Shown here one piece after another: positions 16,443 through 26,241 of a stretch of 51,984 bases of DNA. Numbering within the stretch: the stretch's first letter is position 1; each line of letters opens with the position of its first letter. Source of the DNA: an uncultured Candidatus Saccharibacteria bacterium (GTDB taxonomy: Bacteria; Patescibacteriota; Minisyncoccia; 2-02-FULL-40-12; GWA2-44-9); the NCBI GenBank assembly GCA_964366725.1, contig CAYIUL010000001.1:1-51984 (forward strand). Reading direction: 5' to 3'. The position numbers and the translations under genes are program-made. Under the pieces are notes generated by a model, which was given only the letters and a program-made list of their open reading frames with translations, had not been told where the DNA came from and ran no database searches.

Positions 16443-17574
16443 GATAGGCATAGAATGCGAGGAGCTGGAAAAAGGCGGTGGATGGGGAATTGGCCGCATT
16501 GTTTCAAAACTTCTTGAGGAAATTTCCCACCATCCAGAATTAGGAAAAGAGTTCCGGTTTATTTTATTTTTCAAAAACCGCATTCCTGCTCTGTCATACC
16601 TAAACGCGCCGATATTTAAAAAAAGAGTTGTGGCCCCGTTTTTCAAAGGCCGTTTATTTCCGGTTTATTATCTTTTTCTCTTGCCTCTACGTCTCTGGTT
16701 CGAACAGCCGGATCTCATGTTTTGGCCGGCCTATATGCTGCCGTTTTTTACCTTTACACGATCGCTTTCTCTTATGACCGAGGATGTTTATCATGAAGCA
16801 TTTAACGGCAAGCTCCCATTCAAATACAGATTTTTTTATATGATTTTCGGAACATACTCGGCAAAACATGCAACCAAGCTTATGGCAATATCAGAGACAT
16901 CGAAGAAAAATATGGCAAAACTTTATAAAATCGACCCGGATCGAATATTTGTAAACCATTTGGGAGTGGATTTAAAATACGATCGTATTGTAAATCAAAC
17001 CGGAAATTTACCGTATATTTTGTACATAGGTCAGGCATTCCCAAGGAGACATTTGAAAGAAACGATTTTAGCGTTTGAAAAACTCGTCACAGAACATTCC
17101 AACATTCTTGAGAATGTTGGAATGTCAGAATTAAAGTTGATTGCTATAGGGCCGGACAAGTATCCCGAGCTAATTATTGATTCGCTGGCATCAAAAGTAA
17201 ACGGGCGGCTAGGTCGAGAAGCAGTGATTCATAAAAATTACGTTGAAGATAGCGAGCTTGCCAAACTATACGCCGGAGCAAAAGCTTTGGTATATGTATC
17301 CGACAGAGAAGCATTTGGTCTGCCTCCAATGGAAGCACTCTCGTTTGGAGTTCCGCCTGTTATCGCCGATAATGAATTAGGCCGCGAACTTTTCGGGGAA
17401 TACGCATTTTACGTTAAAAATCCTGACCCGGACGGAATTGCCAACGGTATCAGCCAGGCATTAACCGATTCCAATAAAATTCAGAAAATAAAGAATTCCG
17501 GACCGGAATTCGTGAAGAAATATAATTGGAAAAATTTCACCGATAAATTCTTAGAAAATGTTAAAGACATCTAA
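16435..17574 (+). CDS. GT4-family glycosyltransferase
   Basis: 379 aa. Motifs: YILYIGQAFPRRH, SDREAFGLPPMEALSFGVP. Confidence 0.85.
   Translation: MYKIGIECEELEKGGGWGIGRIVSKLLEEISHHPELGKEFRFILFFKNRIPALSYLNAPIFKKRVVAPFFKGRLFPVYYLFLLPLRLWFEQPDLMFWPAYMLPFFTFTRSLSLMTEDVYHEAFNGKLPFKYRFFYMIFGTYSAKHATKLMAISETSKKNMAKLYKIDPDRIFVNHLGVDLKYDRIVNQTGNLPYILYIGQAFPRRHLKETILAFEKLVTEHSNILENVGMSELKLIAIGPDKYPELIIDSLASKVNGRLGREAVIHKNYVEDSELAKLYAGAKALVYVSDREAFGLPPMEALSFGVPPVIADNELGRELFGEYAFYVKNPDPDGIANGISQALTDSNKIQKIKNSGPEFVKKYNWKNFTDKFLENVKDI
17093..17126. repeat. 34-nt palindrome, copy 3, in frame inside the GT4 gene
   Basis: AACATTCCAACATTCT-TG-AGAATGTTGGAATGTc matches copy 1 at 33 of 34 positions. It encodes EHSNILENVGMS in the interdomain loop. 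Confidence 0.9.
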
Positions 17575-19078
17575 ACTAAATTTAGTTTTTATCGTCGAGC
17601 TTTTTTTGTTTGCCCTGATAATTACCGGGGTCATACCCAGGGAGACGGCGCTTTATCTTGCCGCGGGATTGGCGGCGTATGTTCTCCTGGCATCCTTAGA
17701 AGATGCATCTGTTTTATTTATAAGATCCATACCCTTATTTCTGGCCCTCCCTCTCACAACTAATTTTGACAACTTCAACACTTGGCGGATTATTTCGAGT
17801 ATTATTTTTTTGAAGTGGTGGCTCTCGTCCAGGTGGCTGCCCGACTTTCGCTTCAATAAATATACAACGCCTCTTTATCTGCTCTTGGCTCTGGCTTTGC
17901 TCTCCATAATTCCGGCGGCGGACAAGATACTTGCCGTCAAACGCATTATTTATTTCGCAAATCTTTCTCTTGTCGGAATTGTGCTCTTTGATCTGGCCCG
18001 TAAAAACGACGTGGCAAAGAGATTTATAAAAAATTTATCGGTGCCGGTAATAATAGTGACTATAGTTGGACTTATACAGCTTGCATCAACTTACTTCATC
18101 GACATCTACCAGTTCATGCGCATCTGGGGAGAGGGGATACAATGCCGCCAGTTCGGGAACGAATGGTGCGGTATCGCCGTAGAACTCGGGAATACCTGGT
18201 TCGCGTATTACGGGGAGCAGTTGTCTTTGAGGGTTTTCTCGCTTTTCCCGGATTCGCATTCTTTTCCGCAGTTCGTTCTGCTCGGACTGCCGGCTATATT
18301 CGCTTTGGCGCTTTCGAAATTCGGCATCAACGACTTCGAGAACCTTAAAAAGATGTATCGCACAAGAACGCGGCTCATTATAATCCTCGTGCCGATGGTT
18401 TTCCTGGTGGCCATATTGAGCGGCACGAGGGGCATCTGGGCGGCAAGTATAGGCGTTCTTCTTTTCATGTTCATAATTTTCAGGAAGTTCCAGAAGACAG
18501 TTGCGGGGCAGGAATACAGGAACCTGTTCAAATACATATCAACGTATATGGTCATATTTTTCATGCTCTTTTCCGTGGCTTACCCGATATTCGTTTCTCC
18601 CCAGTTCCTTTTATCAAAAGGTAACTTCGGACTTTTCGGCAGCAGAATAAGGTCCATCATCGACTTCGGCGAGACGTCCAACAGCCAGAGGATAGCCATC
18701 TGGAAGGACACGGTCGAGTCAATAAAAGACAGACCGTTCCTGGGTGTGGGTATAGGAAATTTCCCCGTAGTCCTCGGCCAAGACCTGTTCCTGGCCCGGG
18801 CCGGGTCTTCGGCGCACAATTTGTATCTCCAAATAGCGGCAGAAATGGGCGTCGCGGCTTTGGTTGCCGCGGTCTGGTTTTTAATAGTTCTTCTGAACAA
18901 AACCTTCCACAATTTTGTGAGAGAAAAAAACCAGGTCGTGGCCGTATATAACGGCGCATCGCTCCTGACCATTCCCTGGGTGCTGATGTATTCATTCACC
19001 GACGTGGCTCTTTTTGACGAAAGAGCTTTTCTTCTTCTGGTCGTAACAATAGCCCTGATTTTATCTAAACATGAGTGA
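17558..19078 (+). CDS. O-antigen ligase / polymerase-like (Wzy_C) membrane protein
   Basis: 506 aa, polytopic. SAHNLYLQIAAEMGV motif. Confidence 0.8.
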   Translation: MLKTSKLNLVFIVELFLFALIITGVIPRETALYLAAGLAAYVLLASLEDASVLFIRSIPLFLALPLTTNFDNFNTWRIISSIIFLKWWLSSRWLPDFRFNKYTTPLYLLLALALLSIIPAADKILAVKRIIYFANLSLVGIVLFDLARKNDVAKRFIKNLSVPVIIVTIVGLIQLASTYFIDIYQFMRIWGEGIQCRQFGNEWCGIAVELGNTWFAYYGEQLSLRVFSLFPDSHSFPQFVLLGLPAIFALALSKFGINDFENLKKMYRTRTRLIIILVPMVFLVAILSGTRGIWAASIGVLLFMFIIFRKFQKTVAGQEYRNLFKYISTYMVIFFMLFSVAYPIFVSPQFLLSKGNFGLFGSRIRSIIDFGETSNSQRIAIWKDTVESIKDRPFLGVGIGNFPVVLGQDLFLARAGSSAHNLYLQIAAEMGVAALVAAVWFLIVLLNKTFHNFVREKNQVVAVYNGASLLTIPWVLMYSFTDVALFDERAFLLLVVTIALILSKHE

Positions 19079-20105
19079 GAAAGTTTCAATAAACATAGTC
19101 GTCCGCAACGGGGAAAAATATATCCGCCATTGTCTTGACGCGATATTGGCGCAGACATATCCGCACAATTTAATTGAGTTAAATATTTTAGATAACGGTT
19201 CGACGGACACAACAAAAGAAACTATTCGGGATTTCGGATTTCGGATTTCGGATTTCGGATTTGCCAAATTTAATTTGGTTGAGTCCAAATTAAATTTGGG
19301 GATGTGGCCCGGCCAGGAAGAGCTGCTGAAACACTCAAGCGGAAAATACATCCTCGCTATGGCCGTTGACGTGTTTTTGGATAAAGATTTTCTCATCAAG
19401 GCCGTTGAGAGAATGGAGAACGACGGCAATATCGGCGCTCTTGAAGCCAAGATATACAGATACGAACTCTCTAACGGTAATATCGTGCCGTCGAATATCA
19501 TCGATACCTGCGGTTTTAAAATATTCAAATCCAGACGGATAATAAATATAGGCCACGGCGAAACGGACGGCGGACAGTTCGGCAAATTTATGGAGATATT
19601 CGGAGTGGAAGGCGCGGCGCCATTTTTCAGGCGGGAAGCGCTCGAAGATATTCGTATCAAAGGAGGGTTGGTGGACAAAGATTATTTCTGGTACGGGGAT
19701 GACCTCGATCTTGCCTGGCGGATGCGGCTTTTCGGCTGGAAAGAGGTTTTTGACCCCGAGGTGGTGGCTTGGCATGACCGCCAGACGACCAAAACTCTCA
19801 AAAAGAGCCCCGCCGACTTTATAAGAATAAGGAGAGCAATACCGATTAAAAAACGCGGCCTGGATTGGAGAAATACTCGCTGGACAATCGTCAAAAATGA
19901 TTATATAATCAATATTCTGAAAGATCTCCCGGCCATACTCAAGAGGGAAGTCCAAATGGCGGGATATATATTACTTTTCGAACCGGCAGTGCTTCTGGAA
20001 ATACCCAAATTTCTTTTGTTCCTTCCTCGTATGTTGGCGAGGAGAAAAGAGATAATGAAACGGGCAACGGCAAAACCGGCTGAGATGCGAAAATGGTTCA
20101 ATTAA
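19071..20105 (+). CDS. GT2-family glycosyltransferase
   Basis: 344 aa. Motifs: INIVVRNG, LDNGSTD, AMAVDVF, WYGDDLDLAWR. Confidence 0.85.
   Translation: MSEKVSINIVVRNGEKYIRHCLDAILAQTYPHNLIELNILDNGSTDTTKETIRDFGFRISDFGFAKFNLVESKLNLGMWPGQEELLKHSSGKYILAMAVDVFLDKDFLIKAVERMENDGNIGALEAKIYRYELSNGNIVPSNIIDTCGFKIFKSRRIINIGHGETDGGQFGKFMEIFGVEGAAPFFRREALEDIRIKGGLVDKDYFWYGDDLDLAWRMRLFGWKEVFDPEVVAWHDRQTTKTLKKSPADFIRIRRAIPIKKRGLDWRNTRWTIVKNDYIINILKDLPAILKREVQMAGYILLFEPAVLLEIPKFLLFLPRMLARRKEIMKRATAKPAEMRKWFN
19229..19263 (+). repeat. heptanucleotide tandem repeat (GGATTTC)x4 plus one 6/7 copy, inside a CDS
   Basis: GGATTTC GGATTTC GGATTTC GGATTTC GGATTTg, read directly. It encodes DFGFRISDFGF. Confidence 0.9.
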
Positions 20106-21109
20106 CGGGATATCAACAACCGGATTTCAACGACATCAAACCAAGCCGAAGGGGTTGGATGTTTTTAACTATAGGATTAGTGATGCTCATCATTGTCGGC
20201 TTCGCTGTTAACTCAAGTTCCAAAGAGATAAATGTGTCGAAGGAACCGGCTCCTTTTTGGCGGAAGATGGCTAATATCTTCACCTTCAACGAAGAAGAGG
20301 ACCCCGATTACGCGATGCCGTCCGAGGAAAAAGACCGGTTCGACGTCCTGATACTGGGCATAAGAGGCGAAGACGACCCCGATTCCAAAGAGGCGGGCGC
20401 TTTACTGACCGATACCATCATGGTCTTAAGCTTCGACAAAACGACCAAAAAAGCATCTATAATTTCCATCCCCAGGGATCTCTATGTAAAAATAGACAAA
20501 AGAAAAGCCGCCAAGATAAACAGCGCTTTCGAGAACAAGGGAATGAAGTCCACAAAAGAATTGCTCTCCAAAATTACGGGAGTATATATCGATAAGGCCG
20601 TGGTTCTGGACTTCTCTTCATTCGAAAAAGTTATCGACGCGGTTGGAGGAATAGACATTATTCTAGCCAATCCGTTCGAAGAGAAACAACAATGGGGATA
20701 TGGTTTTTATCTGCCGAAAGGAGAGAACCATTTGGACGGAAAGAACGCTTTATATTATGCCCGTTCCCGTTTCTCTTCCAGCGACTTTGACCGGTCGCGC
20801 CGGCAGCAGGAAGTCATTTTTGCCCTGAAAGACAAGCTGGCCAGGCACAATTGGTGGACCGATCCGCTTAAGACACTGGATATCGTTACCGCCATCAAAT
20901 CCAATATCCAGACCGACATCAATATTTGGAACGCAAAAGAAATTCTCGACCTGGCCAACGAAATAAATTCCGCCGGCAAGATAAACAAATTCATCATCTC
21001 GACTGAGAATTTGGTCTACGAATCGCGGGCCAATGAAGCATATATCCTCTTGCCGGTGGGAGATGATCTGACGGGGATAAAACAACTCTTCCAAGACATA
21101 ATAAAATAG
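20093..21109 (+). CDS. LytR-CpsA-Psr (LCP) family glycopolymer transferase
   Basis: 338 aa. N-terminal TM helix. Motifs: LLTDTIMVLSFD, SIPRDLYV, YARSR. Confidence 0.85.
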   Translation: MVQLTGYQQPDFNDIKPSRRGWMFLTIGLVMLIIVGFAVNSSSKEINVSKEPAPFWRKMANIFTFNEEEDPDYAMPSEEKDRFDVLILGIRGEDDPDSKEAGALLTDTIMVLSFDKTTKKASIISIPRDLYVKIDKRKAAKINSAFENKGMKSTKELLSKITGVYIDKAVVLDFSSFEKVIDAVGGIDIILANPFEEKQQWGYGFYLPKGENHLDGKNALYYARSRFSSSDFDRSRRQQEVIFALKDKLARHNWWTDPLKTLDIVTAIKSNIQTDINIWNAKEILDLANEINSAGKINKFIISTENLVYESRANEAYILLPVGDDLTGIKQLFQDIIK

Positions 21110-21114
21110 GAGCC

Positions 21115-21933
21115 ATGCTTTCCATCACCATCCTAAGTTACAAAAATCCGGCCCTTCTGCGGCTCTGCCTCAAGTCCCTGGAACAATCGCTGCCTAAAAA
21201 TTTCGACTTCGAGATCATAGTCGTGGACAACGCTTCAACGGAAAAAACCCGTTCCGTCGTTGAAGATGAGTTCATAAATAAATTTCCCAAGATAAGCATT
21301 GTCGCTCTGAAAGAAAACGCGGGCTACACCAGAGGAGTTAACGAAGGCATCAAAGCGGCCAAGGGGGATTTTATACTTTACATCAACCAGGACATCGTGA
21401 TGATCCCCGGAACCATCGAAAACCTGCTGAATTACCTTAAGAAGCATCCAGAAATAGGGCTGATGGGGCCGGGACTTTTGAATTTTAACAACAGCCACCA
21501 GAACTCCTGTTTCAGGTTTTACAGCCCGCTAACCATAATTTTCAGAAGAGCTCCTCGTTTGCCGTTCGCAAAAAAACGACTAGAACAATTCTTAATGAAA
21601 GACGTGGATCTTTCCAAGCCCGTAACGGTGGACTGGGTTTCCGGAGCCGCCTTCATGACTTCCCGCGCGGCGATAAACAAGGTCGGACTAATGGACGAGG
21701 ATCTTTTCCACTATTTCAGCGATGTTGACTGGTCAAGGCGGTTCTGGGAAAATGAATATCAAGTGGTTTATTATCCGCTATCAAAAATATACCACTACCA
21801 CGGACAGGGCTCGCGAGGAAGATTCGGCATATTTGAAGCGCTGACCAACAAGCAAACAAGGTGGCACATCGGCGACGGCATCAAATATTTTATTAAGTAT
21901 AGATTCAAAACTAGGTCAGATAAAAATGAATAA
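21115..21933 (+). CDS. GT2-family glycosyltransferase
   Basis: 272 aa. Motifs: SITILSYKN, VVDNAS, YINQDI, GAAFM. Confidence 0.85.
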   Translation: MLSITILSYKNPALLRLCLKSLEQSLPKNFDFEIIVVDNASTEKTRSVVEDEFINKFPKISIVALKENAGYTRGVNEGIKAAKGDFILYINQDIVMIPGTIENLLNYLKKHPEIGLMGPGLLNFNNSHQNSCFRFYSPLTIIFRRAPRLPFAKKRLEQFLMKDVDLSKPVTVDWVSGAAFMTSRAAINKVGLMDEDLFHYFSDVDWSRRFWENEYQVVYYPLSKIYHYHGQGSRGRFGIFEALTNKQTRWHIGDGIKYFIKYRFKTRSDKNE

Positions 21934-23155
21934 CAAAAGCAGGAAGATACTTATTTTATCCATAATTTTGTCTCTCGTCCTTGGATTTTGGGGCGGTTTT
22001 TGGTTTACTCGCGACGATAAAAGCGACCAGCTTACTTTATTAAAGAAACTGGTAAACCTGGATGTCGGAAAACCAAGTGATACGGACTTTTCTTTATTCT
22101 GGAAGGTATACAACGACCTTCAAGACAAATATGTCGACAAAGGCAAACTGGATACGGACAAAATTTTATACGGAGCGATCACCGGAATGGTCAACAGCGC
22201 CGGAGATCCGTATACGGTATTTTTTGAACCTTCCACCAGCAAAAAGTTTCAGGAAGAGATCTCCGGCAGTTTTGGGGGTGTCGGCATAGAAATAGGAAAA
22301 CGCAACGATATTCTTACGGTTATCGCGCCGATCAAAGACACGCCCGCATATAAAGCCGGGATCAAAGCGGGGGACAAGATAGTTAAAATAGACGCTAAAC
22401 CAACCGCCGACCTTTCCATTGAAGAGGCGGTCAATATGATTCGCGGCAAGAAAGGGACAAAAGTCGTTTTAACCATTCAAAACAGCGCAACCAAAGACAT
22501 TGAACTCGTCAGAGACACGATAAAAGTGCCGACGATAGAATGGAAGCTTGTGGAAAAGGACGGCAAAAACATCGCCTACATGCAAATATTTTCCTTTAAC
22601 CAGACCGTGGATTCCGAATTCAGGAAGGCATCCGAAGAGATATTGAAATCCAAAGCCGACAGCGTCGTCCTTGACTTGAGGAACAATCCCGGCGGACTGC
22701 TGGACTCCGCGATCAATTTGGCCGGATGGTTCCTGGATAAGGGCAAGGTGGTCGTCGCGGAAGAGTTCGGCGACAAGACCAGGAACGAATTCAGAAGCGA
22801 CGGCAACGGAGCGCTAAAGTCCTATCCGGTGGTCATATTGATAAACGGGGGTTCGGCTTCGGCTTCCGAGATATTGGCCGGAGCGCTTCACGATAATAGA
22901 AAAGTAAAACTTGTGGGAGTCAAAACATTCGGCAAAGGTTCGGTCCAGCAGCTCGAAAAATACAATGACGGCTCATCTCTTAAGGTCACTGTCGCCAAAT
23001 GGCTTACACCGGCCGGAATATCCATCTCGGAGACGGGAATAGAGCCGGATGTTAAAGTTGAATTGGACACCAAAGAAGTCGAAGCCGGTAACATAGAAAT
23101 AGGCACGCCCGACAAAGACCCGCAGTTGGACAAGGCCCTTGATTTACTCAAATAA
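21926..23155 (+). CDS. S41 C-terminal processing peptidase
   Basis: 409 aa. PDZ region (GGVGIEIG ... AGIKAGDKI). Motifs: LDLRNNPGG, INGGSASASEI, FGKGSVQ. Confidence 0.9.
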   Translation: MNNKSRKILILSIILSLVLGFWGGFWFTRDDKSDQLTLLKKLVNLDVGKPSDTDFSLFWKVYNDLQDKYVDKGKLDTDKILYGAITGMVNSAGDPYTVFFEPSTSKKFQEEISGSFGGVGIEIGKRNDILTVIAPIKDTPAYKAGIKAGDKIVKIDAKPTADLSIEEAVNMIRGKKGTKVVLTIQNSATKDIELVRDTIKVPTIEWKLVEKDGKNIAYMQIFSFNQTVDSEFRKASEEILKSKADSVVLDLRNNPGGLLDSAINLAGWFLDKGKVVVAEEFGDKTRNEFRSDGNGALKSYPVVILINGGSASASEILAGALHDNRKVKLVGVKTFGKGSVQQLEKYNDGSSLKVTVAKWLTPAGISISETGIEPDVKVELDTKEVEAGNIEIGTPDKDPQLDKALDLLK

Positions 23156-23177
23156 ATCAAGTAAAATCCTACTTACT

Positions 23178-23636
23178 ATGAAGGTAATTCTTCTCGAAAA
23201 CATCAAAGGGTTCGGCCAGATAGGGGACGTGAAGAACGTTTCTGATGGCTATGGCCGGAATTTTCTTTTGCCAAGAGGCAAGGCCAAGTTAGCCACGCCT
23301 AACTCGCTCAAAGAAGTCGAAAACTTAAAGAAAAAGTTATCGGCGATGCAAGAGATCGAAAAGGAAACCGCCTTGAAGGCAGCCGAACAGTTGAAAGACC
23401 TCGTTGTGGAGATAACCCGAAAAGCGACAAAGACAGGAAAGCTTTTTGCCGGCATAGACAAGGATGACCTGCTCGAGGAGATAAAAAAAGCGTCGGGTGT
23501 GTCCCTGAAAGAAGAAATGCTCGGTTACGACGAGCCCATCAAACAAATAGGGGAGCATCTTGTGGACATCGAACTTGTCCCGGAAGTAAAAACCCAGATC
23601 AAGGTCGTCATCAAACCAGAATCAAAAACTCCCTAA
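23178..23636 (+). CDS. rplI: 50S ribosomal protein L9
   Basis: 152 aa from ATG 23178. MKVILLENIKGFGQIGDVKNVSDGYGRNFLLPRGKA. Confidence 0.9.
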   Translation: MKVILLENIKGFGQIGDVKNVSDGYGRNFLLPRGKAKLATPNSLKEVENLKKKLSAMQEIEKETALKAAEQLKDLVVEITRKATKTGKLFAGIDKDDLLEEIKKASGVSLKEEMLGYDEPIKQIGEHLVDIELVPEVKTQIKVVIKPESKTP

Positions 23637-23647
23637 GGGAGTTTTTG
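23623..23647. terminator. bidirectional terminator between rplI and rpmA
   Basis: CAAAAACTCCC-taa-GGGAGTTTTTG, with U-runs on both strands. Confidence 0.75.
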
Positions 23648-23649
23648 AT

Positions 23650-23928
23650 TTATTGAACCAGTACGTTCACTATTTTTACCAGCCGCCTGGAACCGTCATA
23701 TTTCTTATGCTTCCGAGTGGTAAATTTGACCTTTCCTGTTACAACGGCATATATTGTGTCATCGGAACCGATGCGGACGCCTTTGCCTGGAACAAACTTC
23801 GTTCCTCTCTGGCGGATGATAATACTACCGGGTTTAGCCGATTCTCCATCGTAGAGTTTGACTCCCAAGTATTTCGGCTGGGAATCTCTACCGAGCTGAG
23901 TTGATCCAATTGCCTTTGTATGAGCCAT
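23650..23928 (-). CDS. rpmA: 50S ribosomal protein L27
   Basis: 92 aa. MAHTKAIGSTQLGRDSQPKYLGVK ... IIIRQRGTKF. Confidence 0.95.
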   Translation of the reverse strand: MAHTKAIGSTQLGRDSQPKYLGVKLYDGESAKPGSIIIRQRGTKFVPGKGVRIGSDDTIYAVVTGKVKFTTRKHKKYDGSRRLVKIVNVLVQ

Positions 23929-23950
23929 AAGTTATATATTATATCAAAAT

Positions 23951-24334
23951 ATGAAGTATATCCTATCAAAATTAGCCAGTTTCGTCAAATTCCGCCAAAA
24001 GGACATTTTTCTGGTATTTTGTATAGTCCTTATCTCCATTATCAGTTACAACCTTGGCAGAATAAACGCCCTCAAAAAGACGCCTGTAACGATAACCGAG
24101 GGCCGGGAGCAGAAAGCCGACGTTTACAGCGCGACCGGCATCAAAAAGGCTGGCTTGAAACCTTCAACTGCTCCTGTTCTCGACAAAAGAGTAGTTGCTT
24201 CCAAAAACTCCGACAAGTATCACTTCACCTGGTGTTCGGGGGCTAAGAGGATAAAAGAGGAGAACAAGATATGGTTCAATTCCGCCCAGGAAGCCGAGAG
24301 TAGGGGATACACACTAGCGGGTAATTGCAATTAG
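23951..24334 (+). CDS. membrane-anchored protein with C-terminal Ada-like metal-binding motif
   Basis: 127 aa. One TM helix. C-terminal KYHFTWCSGAKRIKEENKIWFNSAQEAESRGYTLAGNC. Confidence 0.55.
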   Translation: MKYILSKLASFVKFRQKDIFLVFCIVLISIISYNLGRINALKKTPVTITEGREQKADVYSATGIKKAGLKPSTAPVLDKRVVASKNSDKYHFTWCSGAKRIKEENKIWFNSAQEAESRGYTLAGNCN

Positions 24335-24410
24335 ATCGTTTAGAAGTTCAACTTCCAAACAAACTTCCAAGCATCTGGCGGAAAAGCTGGGTTTTTGTTA
24401 GATTTGTCAA

Positions 24411-26171
24411 ATGACCGAACCACAATTTAAGAAATTCACTTGGTTTGATGTGCCAAAATCAATTTGGTATTTTCTAGGACCTGATAAATCTCAGTGGAGT
24501 TTCTTTAACGTAATTTTGTTTGTAGTGTTTTTTTACGACCTTGTTCCGCCTCTAATAGTGGGTGGGATGATTGACTTCTTTACTGAATATCAGTTCGGTG
24601 ACTCGCTAAGAACCTTTTATGCGTATGCGATTTTCTTGGGAGTTGCTCACACCGTAATATCCTTAATTCGCCTAACAAGTAAGGGTAAGTTGTCTCGTAT
24701 CGGTATAAAGACAAGAGCTAGGGCAAGAATTCAAGGATTTGAAAGTCTTATCAATTTACCTCTTCATTGGCACGCCCATGAGAATACAGGAAATAAAATT
24801 GAACGAGTGTTTACGGGTAGTCAAGCTCTTAGGGAATGGTCATACTTTACCGGCAATAGCTTATTTCCTATTACCGTCGCTTTTATAGGTGTTCTGGGAG
24901 CGTTTATATTCTTAAGTCCAGTTTTCTTTGTTTTTCTGGTTATATATACAATTTTATTTTTCTCGATAGAATACTACTTTAACAGAAAGATTGCCGCATT
25001 AAACGATGCATTTAACAAATCTAACCAAGCAGCTAGCGGTTCATACATGGAAAGTACAAGTAATTTACTATCAATTAAGGCGATGGGTTCAGAAAAAAAT
25101 GTGCACTTCAGGGTTAAAAAAACAGAAGAAGCGGCACAAAAATTACAACTCAAGATTTCTGATACGGGAATATATAAATGGTATTCATTCCAAACACTCA
25201 ACGGGCTTTCCTTTACACTCTTTTTCTTTTTATTAGGATATCAAGTAGTTTCAGGACTAATAACGGTTGGCTCAATTTTGGTCTACTATACCTATTTCAA
25301 TAAACTTCGTGAGGCAGCTAGTGATGCTAACGACGCAACTACTAGATTTATTGAACTCAAATCAAATCTAGCTAATATGATGCCTATATTTTGGGAAGAG
25401 TCTAGTATAAAAACTGGACAAGAAAAATTTCCAAAACGATGGGAGGATATCAAAATTGTTAACGGAAGTTTTGCTTATCCATCAGGGCAGAAAGCTTTAG
25501 ATGGTATTAACTTTTCTGTATATAAAAATGAAAAGTTGGGAGTAGCAGGAACTTCTGGAAGTGGCAAATCAACTCTAGTTAAAATACTACTCGGTCTCTA
25601 TCAACTAGAAGGTGGTGAATTTAGGATAGGTGATAAAAAATACTACGACATTTCTCACGAAGACCTCATTAAAAATGTTGCGGTAGTTCTTCAGGAAACC
25701 GAGCTTTTTAATCTCTCGCTAAGAGCTAACGTCACTGGACTAAAAAATATAGATGCTGATTTACTGGAAATTTCATTAGAAATATCACAACTAAAGGATG
25801 TGATTAAAAAACTACCAGACGGACTAAATACTTTAGTTGGCGAGAAAGGGTACAAGCTATCTGGCGGAGAAAGACAAAGACTCGGTATAGCAAGGGCTAT
25901 TTGTAAGAATGCGCCCATTATTATTCTGGATGAAGCAACCTCCTCTTTGGATAGTAAAACTGAAAAGAAAATTTTGGACAAATTATTGTCTAAATTTGGT
26001 GACGAAAAGACTTTTATAATTATTGCCCACCGTATCTCTACTCTTAAGGATACTGACAGAGTAATAGTATTTGAGAGAGGCAATATTGTTGAAGAAGGAA
26101 AGTACGGTGATTTAATTTTTAATACCGAATCTCGTTTGGGACAACTTTATGCACTACAAAGTGGGTCTTAA
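24411..26171 (+). CDS. ABC exporter, fused permease + ATPase (AT-rich)
   Basis: 586 aa. Walker A GTSGSGKST, signature LSGGERQR, Walker B IIILDEATS. Confidence 0.9.
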   Translation: MTEPQFKKFTWFDVPKSIWYFLGPDKSQWSFFNVILFVVFFYDLVPPLIVGGMIDFFTEYQFGDSLRTFYAYAIFLGVAHTVISLIRLTSKGKLSRIGIKTRARARIQGFESLINLPLHWHAHENTGNKIERVFTGSQALREWSYFTGNSLFPITVAFIGVLGAFIFLSPVFFVFLVIYTILFFSIEYYFNRKIAALNDAFNKSNQAASGSYMESTSNLLSIKAMGSEKNVHFRVKKTEEAAQKLQLKISDTGIYKWYSFQTLNGLSFTLFFFLLGYQVVSGLITVGSILVYYTYFNKLREAASDANDATTRFIELKSNLANMMPIFWEESSIKTGQEKFPKRWEDIKIVNGSFAYPSGQKALDGINFSVYKNEKLGVAGTSGSGKSTLVKILLGLYQLEGGEFRIGDKKYYDISHEDLIKNVAVVLQETELFNLSLRANVTGLKNIDADLLEISLEISQLKDVIKKLPDGLNTLVGEKGYKLSGGERQRLGIARAICKNAPIIILDEATSSLDSKTEKKILDKLLSKFGDEKTFIIIAHRISTLKDTDRVIVFERGNIVEEGKYGDLIFNTESRLGQLYALQSGS

Positions 26172-26241
26172 AAAATAAATTATGAGTACAGAAAATCCTC
26201 AAAACACAAAAGAATTGGTCGCTAATTCTTTGGTTAAGATA

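Noticed and set aside
18580-19955. Long antisense ORFs (18580-19215, 19061-19678, 19335-19955 minus) inside the ligase and GT2 genes. Similar cases occur at 1552-2046, 11419-11877, 27216-27758, 41687-42232 and 45355-45819.
   Set aside because: Each lies opposite a gene with clear family motifs. Each has an unprotein-like composition (Ser/Arg/Pro-rich) and no ribosome-binding site.
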